From: Eledone cirrhosa
Lineage: Eukaryota
DNA length: 64,000 nt
Direction: 5' to 3'
Assembly (NCBI GenBank): GCA_964016885.1
Contig: OZ024742.1
Location: 33,542,001 to 33,606,000 of the forward strand
Numbering within the stretch: position 1 is the first letter of the stretch; each line of letters begins with the position of its first letter. Below the pieces are notes generated by a model. That model made no database searches and was not told the DNA's origin. It saw nothing but the letters and a program-made list of their open reading frames with translations. The translations under genes were made by a program, and so were the position numbers. Shown here piece by piece: positions 1-11,499 of the stretch.

Positions 1-685
1 AAGCATAAATGAACTAAGTGAGAAATTAGGAATAAGAGGGACCAGATGCTGTTTACTTGAGAGAAGACTATGTTGGTATGGTCACGTGATGCGCATGAAA
101 GACGACAGCTGTATAAAAATGTGCAGGACGATCAAAATTGATGGAAGTTACGGAGTAGGTAGACCCAGAAAAACCTGGGACGATTTGATAAATTCCGACC
201 TTACACACTTACACCTCTCTAAGACAATGTCACTGACCGAGATCTTTGGCGCTACGCAGTAATACAGAAGACCCGCCTTGCCTATGTACAAAGTGAAACC
301 TACAGTCAGTAGGCACCTCCTAACCAAATATACACCCCAATCCACTACCCCTACCCTCTCTCTGTAAAGTTGGTACCACAACATCCAGTCCAAATAAATG
401 AGATAATGAGATCGAGATCGTGTAGGTGTCACGACATAAAAACACACAGTCCATGCTGTAATGTGGTCGTGTAGGTAGCACAGTAAAAAGTTCCCAGTTC
501 CACACTGTAAAGGTGGTTGATGTTAGAAAGGGCATCCAGCCGTAGAAAACCTGCCAGATAGTCCTATATGAGTGAGACACGGTCACCTGACCAACCTTGC
601 CTTAAGTGGGACAACTCCCGTCTAACCCATGCTAGTGTGAAAGATGAACGGTAAACGAAGATGATGATGATGATGATGATGATGA
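1..685 (+). mobile_element. 3' end of RTE-clade LINE (same subfamily as 31415-34646), cut by the window edge
   Basis: Translates to RLCWYGHVMRMKDDSCIK...GRPRKTWD, closely matches 33977-34646, and ends in a (GAT)n tail. Confidence 0.9.
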
Positions 686-3177
686 ACCACGATAATACTA
701 AACTGCTATATTATTAATTTATTAAAAATAGCCTACGCTGAAGCTATACGAAAAATACAAGAATCATGGACTTTGTTTGTAAAAGTAGAATTAAAGTTGT
801 ATTTACCAAAGAAACTTGGTGAACTTCACTGGCTTCGTCGAGAGATCAAGAGACCGTGAAGAAATGTAATCACCTAGTTTTTGTTCTTATGTTGGAAGAA
901 TTTGAGATACTGGTAGTTGTTGAATTACAATGTCATTAGTGCTGTGTGCTATCCATTTTCTTCAATGATGTTCATGTTGATGATGATGATGATGATGATA
1001 TACTCTTTACACCCAAACTTAAGTTTTCCTACAATATAGTCATGAAATGAATATGCTGACCTCAAGTATGCAACTCATCATCATAGATATATGAACTGTA
1101 CATAACATTATTGAATGCACAACACTAAACATTTAATTTTATGACATATGAGCTGACAGCTGAATAACAATAATACAAGTTCATTGACTTCTAAAAGTAG
1201 CAACATAGAATTGAGAGCATATTGGCTTAGTCGGCCATGTGCAACAAAGTGTGACAATTTGTGCAATATGATATATTTAACATCAATTTTCTGTGCTTGT
1301 ATGTGTTAGATAGGCTGTTGTGTTATGAGGCTAGATGAGTCAAGTGACAACGTTGTGACCATACAATCTGTTTTGAGGTTGGTTTTATATAGCTGGATGC
1401 CCTTCCTAACACCAACCACATTTATAGTTGGTACTGGGAGATTTTTTTGTGGTTCCACTATTATGATCTTACAGGGTGGACTGAGTTGGAAAAAGAAGGT
1501 GTATTGGTGATGTGGAAGAGAGTTCAAGAAGAGTATATCATCATCATCATCAAATGCCTATTTTTCATACCTACCTGGGTTAGTTGGACTGTCATGTTCT
1601 GAGATTAGGCCAGACACATGGGCACATCTAATTCATAAGTTTTGTTTTAGCATGGCTTCTATGACTGGATGCCTTTGCAATCTATCAAAGCATTTTATCA
1701 TGGTATATAATGGGGTGTGCTCAGCTTTCCAAGAAGGCAAGAGGTTGAATTAAGTGCAAGAATTGCAGGAGCTGGTGCAGTAATGCGCCAACTTCAGCAT
1801 TCGGTAATGAGAAGGGAGGTTTATATTTTCATTCTGAAAGAATTGCAAACGATTTGTAATGTTATTATGAAATAAATATTGTAATGCATCTGACATGTGT
1901 CAAGAGGGTTGTTTTCGGAGATAATATTATGTTTAGATAGGAGAGCCGTTCCTCTATTTATCACTTATTGAATCTAATGATAAACACTAGCTGTACAATT
2001 TAATAGGTCACAGGAGTATGTTTTCATTGCTTTGGTTTGAAGGCAAGAGTTGTTCCTATTGCCATTGGCAGGCCTTCTGAAACTAGGTGAGATTGTTGTC
2101 ATGAACTCCTAACATCTTGTAATAATTTCATAGAAAATATATCTAAAAACAGGTTTGTTAATTCAAATGTTTATATTATCTTTATTAGGGGACATATCGT
2201 TGTAAAAATTTGGCAGTATTAGAGTAAACACTTAAATTTTTAATGTGATGTAGTCATAGTGTTGTCTTATACTTTTCTAGAATGTTTTGCTAATGTTATT
2301 GATGCAGGTGTAGGATGTTAAGAGTTAAAGCTTCTCCTGGACATTTGCAATTCAGAAACTGCAGGATGGACATGAAGAGAATTTCTAGAGGGTCAGCATA
2401 ATGGGGAACAAGGACGATGTTGCAAAGAGTAGATGCCACTGTTATAACTAGAGAAAAAGCAGAAAAGAGAAAACAAGTTTGTGATCCTGAAGCTGGTGTG
2501 TATTTGTGACTGACTGACATTGAGTTTTTTTTCTTATCTTAGTTATAACATTTAAGGTTGTCGGGAGGCCACCAATATGATTGATTGACTTGTCATTTTA
2601 TCAGTCAGATGTTTTTAGATGTCACCCAGGTAACTATGTCAACTTATGAACTGGACTGTATTACTCAATATCTCTAAATTCTGGGTTATTTTCAAAATTA
2701 TTTAAAGAATAAAGAAGGCTGTGTCTTTCTTTAGAAATACGGTAACTAAATGTTTGACCTCAATTTCTAGATGTAAACAACTGTCTAGTAGTTGTCTTTC
2801 AACACAACATGGTGTAGAAAATGTCTCAGTATGTTTTAAAGAGCTGAAAACATTTAAGATAAATTCAATAATGTTTTATCATCGATCTGTAGTTTAGTTG
2901 TTGTATTCAGCAATGCTATATTCTCATACTCGACTACTTAACATATAAATATTTCTATTTATGACATCCTTTCTTTGTTCTTACAGTCTAGATTCTCATC
3001 ATGTGTGATTACAACATACAACAAAGACATATCAAGTGAAGAGAATAGTTTTTATTTATTTGCTGTAACTACAAAGTTTGCGAGGTTGTAACATTCTGTG
3101 GATACTAAATTAAGCTGCACTGAAAGTTATAAAGTTATAAGGTAAATTTCAACTTCGTTTTCTAAAATCTAATGACA

Positions 3178-3358
3178 TTGGCAGTGTCGGTAGAGGGTCG
3201 GACGCTATGCTTGACGCATATAGTTACGGCCGTTGCCATTTTGAGTTCAAATCCCGCCGAGGTTAACTTTGCTTTTCATCCTTACGGGGGTCGATAAAAT
3301 AAAGTACCAGTAACACACTGGGTAATTGCTGGCCTTGTGCCAAAAGTAGAAACAATTA
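3178..3358 (+). mobile_element. tRNA-derived SINE family A (~185 bp). Other copies on +: 17685, 25625, 28225, 37331, 37541, 41804, 41992, 48293. On -: 20775, 22783, 25015, 29290, 29510, 30630, 44950, 61405
   Basis: A/B-box-like head (TGGCAGTATCGG...GAGTTCAAATCC), shared core CTTTCATCCTTACGGGGTCGATAAAATAAAGTACCAG and tail GCCAAAAGTAGAAACAATTA. Several copies have TSDs, e.g. TAGATTTTATAGAATAAT at 44935/45140 and TGTTAGATAATATTA at 20761/20960. Confidence 0.9.
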
Positions 3359-3409
3359 TTTTTGCTAAATGAAGAAACAATATGTTTATAAGTTGTACAA
3401 AAAAAAAAT

Positions 3410-3542
3410 TATATATAATATAAAAGAAAGATGTTTATTGGTTGGTTGGTTGAATCACACGAAAACTGCACACACACACACACACACACACATCTAAAGA
3501 GAGAGATGGGCCGTTATATAGAGAGAGATACAATTAAAGTGT

Positions 3543-3576
<34 letters not shown>

Positions 3577-4050
3577 CGACCCACAAAAGTATCAGTTGAA
3601 GGTTTAACAATATTGCGTTAGCTTTTATAAAGTCGTTTTACAGTCTTTGATTTTACAGAACAAAGAAAAATTGATACTATTTGAAATTAATCTACCCTCC
3701 AGCCTTTATCCATATACTACTTACAGTCCATACTAATGAAGCTAAACACTTCAGAAGCAATGTTATGCAGTATATTGCTGCATTTCAGATGACGTCCTTT
3801 GGAGCTGCAAAAGGTCATACTGACTGGTTATTTCACAACATTTAAAATCCAAGGCCAATGCTACCTTTTAATCGGCAGTTTACTCCCCCAGCCTAATAAG
3901 GAAATTATGATTGTTTTTTTTTTGTATGTCCCTCACACACACACATTACAGTCTCACCTCATACCAGACAATACACCCAATACAGTTGTTTTCGCTTTTA
4001 TCCGTCTTCTCTTAACTGTTCTCCCGGGCGAAGCCGGGTACCTCAGCTAG
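3410..4050 (+). mobile_element. Non-autonomous Helitron
   Basis: 3' hairpin CCCGGGCGAAGCCGGG followed by TACCTCAGCTAG|T. Both ends match the helicase-bearing Helitron at 44090-44938. Confidence 0.75.
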
Positions 4051-5154
4051 TATATTTATAAACAAAAATAGAGTGAGAAGAAAATATTAAAAGAGCAGGC
4101 AGATGGGATAAAGCTCTACATCTCAGCTGTGCCTTACAGAGAATATGGCCAAAGTATTACTGTGGAGAACAGTCTGTGATACTACATCAGCCATTGCATC
4201 TCATGGGGTTCCTTTCTCTGGTGTGATGCCTTTCTTATTTTGCAGAAGAAAATGACAGTCTGGGGACTGAGGGCACAAGAAGTCTTGATGACAACTGACA
4301 CATAAAGGAAACAGTCAGTGAAAGTCCAGTATTTAATTATCTTCTGTTCATCTCTTTTAAGAATGGTGGTGCCCAAGTTTGTGGCTAAGACGATGAGGTT
4401 GGCACCAGAGATCATGTTACAGCATGTGGCATCCCAGATTAGTGATTTAAGCCCCTTGAACAGAAAAAAGGGTTATCCTATCTGAGAACTTACCATCACT
4501 GCAATCAAGGCTGCCAGACTTCAATTATGATAGGAAACCAGCCATTTCAAGTTTCCTTCTGATGATGTCAGTCAAGGCAGACCTGCTGTGTGGTGACAAC
4601 AGATCAGATGCAGTCCAAGCATGTTGACAGTGGCTCCACAATGGTACTTGTGTGACTCTCTCTCTCACACACACAGAAGCCAAAGCATAGGACCACTCCA
4701 ATGTGAGTGGACTCATCAAGAAAGATATTGGCTGATGAAGAGGGCATTACATTGAGTCATATGCTGCTGTTTGACTGCAAGGCTGACTTGTGGTAGGCAA
4801 GATAATGTTGATCTAAGGATGGCTTGATCCTTGTGCAGGGTGAACAGCAAATAATAAATTGCACATTCAATACCACATATATAATGAAATATTCAATTCT
4901 TTATTGAACAATATACTTTGGATATAGATTTCTACTTTCATGAAAATACCCTTTAACATTTAAACTGGCAGTACTCATAAAAACAAAAAAAAACTCCTTT
5001 GCACAAATTTGGATTCAAAACTTATGGGAACCTACATCATAATATATTGCTTGACAACTTTTAAGATAAACTCAATATATGACAATGGACATAAAGTTTA
5101 AGAAACATTCTTCATATAAAAACTTTTTCCTCTCTACTATTCATCATTTTAAAC

Positions 5155-5415
5155 AGGCAGGAGGTTGAATTAAGTGCACGAATTGCAGGAGCTGGTACAG
5201 AAATGTGCCAGCTTCAACATTCAGTAATCAGAAGGGAGGTAGGTGTAATAGTCAAACTGGCTATCTTCAATTCGGTATTCGTGCCAACCCTTACCTATTG
5301 TCATGAATCTTGGTAATGACCGAAAGAATACAATCGTGTATATAAGCAGCCAAAATAGGGTTCCTCTGAAGGGTCTTTGGAGTAACGTTATTTGATAGAG
5401 TGCATAGCTCGGGGT
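5155..5415 (+). mobile_element. Degenerate RTE LINE fragment, second family (related pieces at 1730-1820 +, 19590-20095 -, 34650-36170)
   Basis: Translates to IAGAG...FVPTLTYCHESW, typical of the RTE post-RT region; recurs in the window. Confidence 0.7.
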
Positions 5416-5622
5416 GGGGAAGAATATATATATATATATTGGTGTTGGTGGAAAAATAGTGGTTAGCTCTACAGCTAATGTCCCCATGGAAAATAAACTG
5501 GAGAATTCTGGTACAGGCAGAAAACAACATATAAACACATATTTGTGTATGCGTGTGTATGTATACATGACTGACTGTCAGTTTACAAGAGACGATAGTT
5601 TATTATCCAGAGAAGTATTCAT

Positions 5623-5782
5623 CTGCACTTTCGTGATGGCTGAACAGTCCAATATTCGAAGGGTAGTCTCTACTGCACTTTCGTGATGGCTGAACAGTCC
5701 AATATTCGAAGGGTAGTCTCTACTGCACTTTCATGATGGCTGAACAGTCCAATATTCGAAGGGTAGTCTCTACTGCACTTTC
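5623..5782. repeat. 50-bp tandem repeat, ~3.2 copies
   Basis: CTGCACTTTCGTGATGGCTGAACAGTCCAATATTCGAAGGGTAGTCTCTA at 5623, 5673, 5723. Confidence 0.95.
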
Positions 5783-5809
5783 AACAGATAAATGACAATA
5801 CCTGTTGCT

Positions 5810-7262
5810 CCTTCCTTTTCACACTTCTGTCAGCAAGGTCTTTGTTCTTTGATGGCTCTGCTGTCTGCATGCCCTTTCTGCCAGCAATACACCAAGCTGC
5901 ACGGTCATATGCACATCATTCCCAGGTGGTGACATTGATGTAGTTTCATGTTTTTCTTGCAAACATCTTTGTGGCACAGGTGTGGCCGTCCCACTAATTG
6001 TGAGCCCTCCGTCAACTTGACATACAATTACTCTTTGGGAATACATCCTGAGGCCATTCTCCTGACATGGCTCACCCAACAAAGATGTCTTTTACTGAGA
6101 ATGGTGAACATGCTGCCCATCTGTGCATGGCTTAGTGGTAGAGCATTGGGCTTGCAATCGAAAGGTTGTGAGTTCAATTCTCAGACCGGGTGGTGTGTTG
6201 TTTCCTTGAGCAAAACACTTTATTTCACGTTGCTCTAGTTTACTCAGCTGTAGAAATGAGATGATAGGACTGGGGGTCCCTATCATTAAATTACCCAAGG
6301 CACCTCCAACGAGATATACCTTGGAGGAGGCCAGCTAAACCTGCATAGGTGTGAGCTGTCACACACACACATCTGTGCATTCCAAGACCTCTGTGTTTAG
6401 TGCCTGTGTGATGCTACCTTGGCAATCTTGTTGTTCAACTCTACATCAATGGAGAGCAAGCTGGAAAGAGTAGACCCATGTTTGCAGAAGCAGATACGTC
6501 CTGCGCAATGACATTTGTCTTCTTCAGACTGATGGTTTATCCAATCTCCTTGCAAGTGTGGAGAAGCAAATGAGAAGCTGCTGCAAGCCATCTTCAGTGT
6601 GTGAAGTCAAGGCTGTATCATCAGTGAAAAGCATTTCATGGATGAATACCTCTGTGACTTTGGTCTTGGCGGGCGATATTGAAAAGTTTTCTGTCATTCC
6701 TAGTGCTAATGTAGAGCCCCTCGCTGCATCCTTAAAGGCGTACTAGATGAATATGGAGAAGAAGATGCTACAGAGTGTTGACATAAGGCGCAACCTAGCT
6801 TGACATAACTGCCTTAGAGGTTGCACCATTAAAACAAAATACTCTGCATGCCTTCATGAAATGAAATGATGACAGTGAGCATATAGGGAGGGCAGCCGAT
6901 CTCCTGCAGGCAAGAAATGTTGACTCTGAGTCGTGAAAGTTCCCTGCCTGTGACAGAGACAGAGATTTTGTGGGCAGTATCAATACATTGCAGATCCACA
7001 GAGAGATCAGGAGACATAGTCTTGATGTTCAAACTTGCAAAGTGGAGTGTTTGTGTTTTACTTTTTCTTGAGCTTCTTCTTGAGTTAGTTGCTGCAGAAT
7101 TTGTGATGGCTCTCTGAGCTCCACACACCCTGTGAAGCGGACAGGCCAAGGCGTGACAGCACCTTACTTCCTAGGGATTACCCAGCTTGAGGTGGGTGAT
7201 AGCTGTCCAGTGAGATGGAATGATTTCTCCCACCATCAGAAGTGACTCTTGGCGCTCATGTT
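5810..7262 (-). mobile_element. Highly decayed RTE/BovB-like LINE with internal deletions
   Basis: Minus-strand pieces LHFASLNIKTM (endonuclease start) and FTDDTALTSHTEDGLQQLL (RT catalytic motif); many stops. Confidence 0.6.
6122..6285 (+). mobile_element. tRNA-derived SINE family B (other copies near 11155, 17215, 20630, 40265 on +; 51100-51555 and 63830-63965 on -)
   Basis: GGCTTAGTGGTAGAG...GAGTTCAATTC head followed by shared core CCTTGAGCAARACACTTTATTTCA. Confidence 0.8.
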
Positions 7263-7790
7263 TTTTTGCCAAAACAGATGAACTTATAACCGGTAACTTC
7301 CACTTCCTGGCTACAAAGCTGGCAAAGAGGAAGGAATTGAGAGTAGGGTATAGAGAGTTTGATGTGGGTAAGGTGGGAGGAGGTGAAGTCGAGGTAAGTG
7401 TAGGGGTTGGTGGGTTTATAGGAGATGGAAGTAAAGAGGGTATGGTGAGTGTGATCGATAGAGAGATATATTGAGAAATTGGTTGGATGAATCAGATACG
7501 AAGGGGGTGAAGATGAGGGCAGGATACGTGTGTAGCAAAATGAAATGCGGTAGAAAGAAAATGTAGTGGAAATGGATGGTGAGTTGTGTATTTTAGGGCA
7601 GTTAGATGTGTGTTGAGTGGATGTGGTGATGGAATGAAGTGGTTTATGTTTGTTGTTGGTCATTTGAGCGTGGCAGAGTTTGTAGTATTGATTGTTGTTG
7701 GCTTGCTGGGTGATTATGAAGCCTGTAAAAATTGGCCCACATATAAGTGGTGTGTAAAGATGCCGAGGAATGAACACTTAAAATATGATA
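7262..7790 (-). mobile_element. Penelope-like retroelement 3' fragment (GIY-YIG remnant)
   Basis: Minus strand reads SYFKCSFLG...LYVGQ followed by QHTSNCPK; frameshifted. Confidence 0.45.
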
Positions 7791-8426
7791 GCTACTAAAA
7801 TATCTTTATTAAGTTAATAGCCTGCCACGTGGCCATAATAGACAATGTAATGAAAACAAGGTTTAAGTTGTGATACATGCGTGTGAGAAATGGTTTAAAA
7901 TATGGTATTTACCGTTTTTGTAATGAGATGAAGGTCGTTTCTCTGGCAGAGAGAGAGATCCACAGGGGTCTGTGTGTGACAGTGGACTACATTTTATGTG
8001 TGTGACAGTGGACTACATTTTAACTGCTTGAAATCCTCTTTGCAACTCCCAGTGATGAAACCAGAGTGGAATGACTTAGAGAAAGACTTATCTTATTTAA
8101 CCTCAAGTTGGCCAATCCATGATAAAGAGAAACATCTCTGCCATGTCTTTTGAAGGTCAAGTTTTTGGTGACCGCTTAATAGACCGAATGAAACCCCATT
8201 GAAGAGAGTATCAAATTACTGCTACACACACACATATATATACAGACACCAAAATATACTTGTATACGTATACATAGCATATGAGATTGTTAGTAAATAA
8301 AGTAGTAAGTAGAAATAAGTGTGCGAAAGAGGGTCTATTAAATGAAATCGTAAACTTGTTAGTTTACTAATTAACTCAAATAGGAAAATACACAGATACA
8401 ATAAGAAATCTAAAAGAAATATAGAA

Positions 8427-9297
8427 AAAATAATAGTCTTATAGAGAAAATAATAGTCTTATAGAGAAAATAATGGTCTTATAGAGAAAATAATGGTCTT
8501 ATAGAGAAAATAATGGTCTTATAGAGAAATAATAAACTTATAGAGAAAATAATAGTCTTATAGAGAAAATAATAATCTTATAGAGAAAATAATGGTCTTA
8601 TAGAGAAATAATAGTCTTATAGAGAAAATAATGGTCTTATAGAGAAAATAATAGTCTTATAGAGAAAATAATAGTATTATAGAGAAATAATAGTCTTATA
8701 GAGAAAATAATAGTCTTATAGAGAAAATAATAGTCTTATAGAGAAAATAATAGTCTTATAGAGACATAATAGTCTTATAGAGAAAATAATGGTCTTATAG
8801 AGAAAATAATGGTCTTATAGAGAAAATAATGGTCTTATAGAGAAAATAATGGTCTTATAGAGAAATAATAGTCTTATAGAGAAAATAATAGTCTTATAGA
8901 GAAAATAATAGTCTTATAGAGAAAATAATGGTCTTATAGAGAAATAATAGTCTTATAGAGAAATAATAATCTTATAGAGAAAATAATAGTCTTATAGAGA
9001 AAATAATAGTCTTATAGAGAAATAATGGTCTTATAGAGAAAATAATAGTCTTATAGAGAAATAATAGTCTTATTGAGAAAATAATAGTATTATAGAGAAA
9101 TAATAGTCTTATACAGAAAATAATAGTCTTATAGAGAAATAATAGTCTTATAGAGAAAATAATAGTCTTATAGAGAAATAAAAGTCTTATAGAGAAAATA
9201 ATAGTATTTTAGAGAAATAATAGTCTTATAGAGAAAATAATAGTATTATAGAGAAATAATAGTCTTATAGAGAAATAAAAGTCTTATAGAGAAAATA
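8427..9297. repeat. 19/20-bp minisatellite (AATAATAGTCTTATAGAGAA)n, ~44 copies
   Basis: Directly visible tandem array with few variants. Confidence 0.97.
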
Positions 9298-9409
9298 GAA
9301 AAGTATTCTGTCGGACGTTTTTAACTCTTATGAACTTTGAAGTATCTACATGGCATTCTATATCTTGTGCTGAAGTGACCTTTTACTCTTATAGTTTAAT
9401 GTCAGTTTG

Positions 9410-10945
9410 TTGGGTTAGTGAGAGGGGGAAATTGTGAGAGAGAGCGTGAGGTATAGAGAGGGGCAGAGAATTTGGTGGTCTAGTGAGAGAGGGGGAATTA
9501 AGAGAGTGAAAGAGTGAGGTATGTAGTGGAATATAGAGAAGGGGAGAGAATTTGGTGGTTTAGTGAGACGGAGAATTTTGAGAGCATAAGATATGTAGTG
9601 GGTTATGGGGGGGGGAGAGAAAGTTTATTGGCCTGGTGAGAGAGGGGGAATTGTAAGAGAGAGAGAGTGAGGTATGTAGTGGGATATAGAAACCCGGAGA
9701 GAATTTGGTGGTTTAGTGAGAGAGGGGGTATTGTGAGAGTGAGGTATGTAGTGGATTATAGAGAGGGAGCGAGCATTTGGTGGTCTAGTGAGAGAGTGTG
9801 AAGTATGTAGTGGGATATAGAGAGCGGAAGAGAATTTGTTGGTTTAGTGAGAGAGTGAGGTATGTAGTCGGATATAGAGGGGGGGGGGGGGTATTTGGTG
9901 GTCTAGTGAGAGAGGGGGAATTAAGAGAGTGAAAGAGTGTGAGGTATGTAGTAGGATTGAGAGAGAGAGAGAGAGAGAGAGAAAGTGGGAGAGAATTTGT
10001 TGGTTTAATGAGAGAGGAGAAAATTAAGGGGATGAGAGAGAGTGAGGTATTTAGTGGTTTATAGAGAGGGGTGAGAATTTGGTGGCTGAGTGAGAGAGAG
10101 AGAGTGAGGTATGTAGAAGCATATAGAGAGCGGGAGATTGATTGGTGATCTACTGAGAGAGGGGGAGTTGTGGAGAGTGAGGTATGTAGTTGTATCGAGT
10201 GAGGGGGTGAGAGTTAGTTGGGTTAGTGAGAGGGGGAATTGTGTGTGAGAGAGAGAGAGAGTGATGTATGTAGTGAGGTATAGAGAGGGGGAGAGAATTT
10301 GGTGGCCTCGTGAGAGAGAGGGAATTGTGAGAGAGAGAGTGAGATATGTCGTGGGATAGAGAGACCTGGAGAGAATTTGGTGGTTTAGTGAGAGAGGGGG
10401 TATTGTGAGAGTGTGAAGTATGTAGTGGATTATAGAGAGGGAGAGATAATTTGGTGGTCTAGTGAGAGAGGGGGAATTGTGAGAATCAGTGAGTTATGTA
10501 GTGGGTTATAGGGAGCGGAAGAGAATTTGTTGGTTTAGTGAGAGAGGGGGAATTGTGAGAGTGAGAGAGTGAGGTATGTAGTTGGATATAGAGGGGGGAG
10601 AGAATTTGGTAGTTTAGTGAGAAAGAGTAAGATATGTAGTGGGTTATAGAGAGGAGGAGAAAGTTTATTGGTCTGGTGAGAGAGGGGGTATTGTAAGAGC
10701 GAGAGAGAGAGTGAGGTATGTAGTGGAATATAGTGAGGGGGAGAGAATTTGGCGGTCTAGTGAGAGGGGCGGGAATTAAGGGAGTGAAAGAGTGTGAGGT
10801 ATGTAGTAGTGGCATATAGAGAGGGGGAGAGAATTTGGTGGTTTAGTGAGAGGGGAGAATGTTGGTCTAGTGAGAGAGAGTGAGGCTTGTAGTGGTATAT
10901 AGAGAGGGTGAGAAAGGTATGTTTTAGTGAAAGAGGGGTAATATT
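9410..10945. repeat. Degenerate purine-rich tandem repeat (~55-80 bp unit)
   Basis: Recurring GAGTGAGGTATGTAGTGG...GAGAATTTGGTGGTTTAGTGAGAGAGGGGG. Confidence 0.9.
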
Positions 10946-11499
10946 TTGAGACAGTGACAAAATAATTGTAAGTGGGTAGAAAAATGTTTTAATATTGGGT
11001 TTCACAGCAAAAGGGGCTGTGTATATGAGTGTGTGTGTTTATATGTATATGTGTGTATGTTTATATATATATATGTGTGTGTGTTTATATATATATATGT
11101 GTGTTTATATATATGTTTGTGGGTGTGTGTTTATGTGTGTGTCTATGTGTGAAAGTGTGTGGTTAGGGTATTCGACTTACAATCGTAAGGTCGTGAGTTT
11201 GATTCCCGGTGGCGCGTTGTGCCCTTGAGCAAGACACTTTATTTCATGTTGCTCCAGTCCACTCAACCGGCAAACATGAGTTGTAACTGTAATTCGAAGG
11301 ACCAGCCTTGTCACAGAGAATCTCCCTGAGAACTACGTAAAGGGAACGCGTGTTTGTGGAATGCTCAGCCACTTGCACTTTAATTTCACTCTTCCGTCGA
11401 TGTTTTCTCCTTTTTTTCAAAACTAACACTTTGATAGATTAAAAAAGAAAAACAGATTCTTTAAATATGTTTCAAGGCTGTTTCCATTCTTACTATTTT

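Noticed and set aside
6122-6200. tRNA genes at SINE heads
   Set aside because: A/B boxes are present but there is no complete cloverleaf, and each runs into SINE core sequence
10486-11228. Low-complexity ORFs over the GA-rich and TG/TA repeats (similar ones at 14989-15331 and 62755-63397)
   Set aside because: Compositional artefacts of simple repeats
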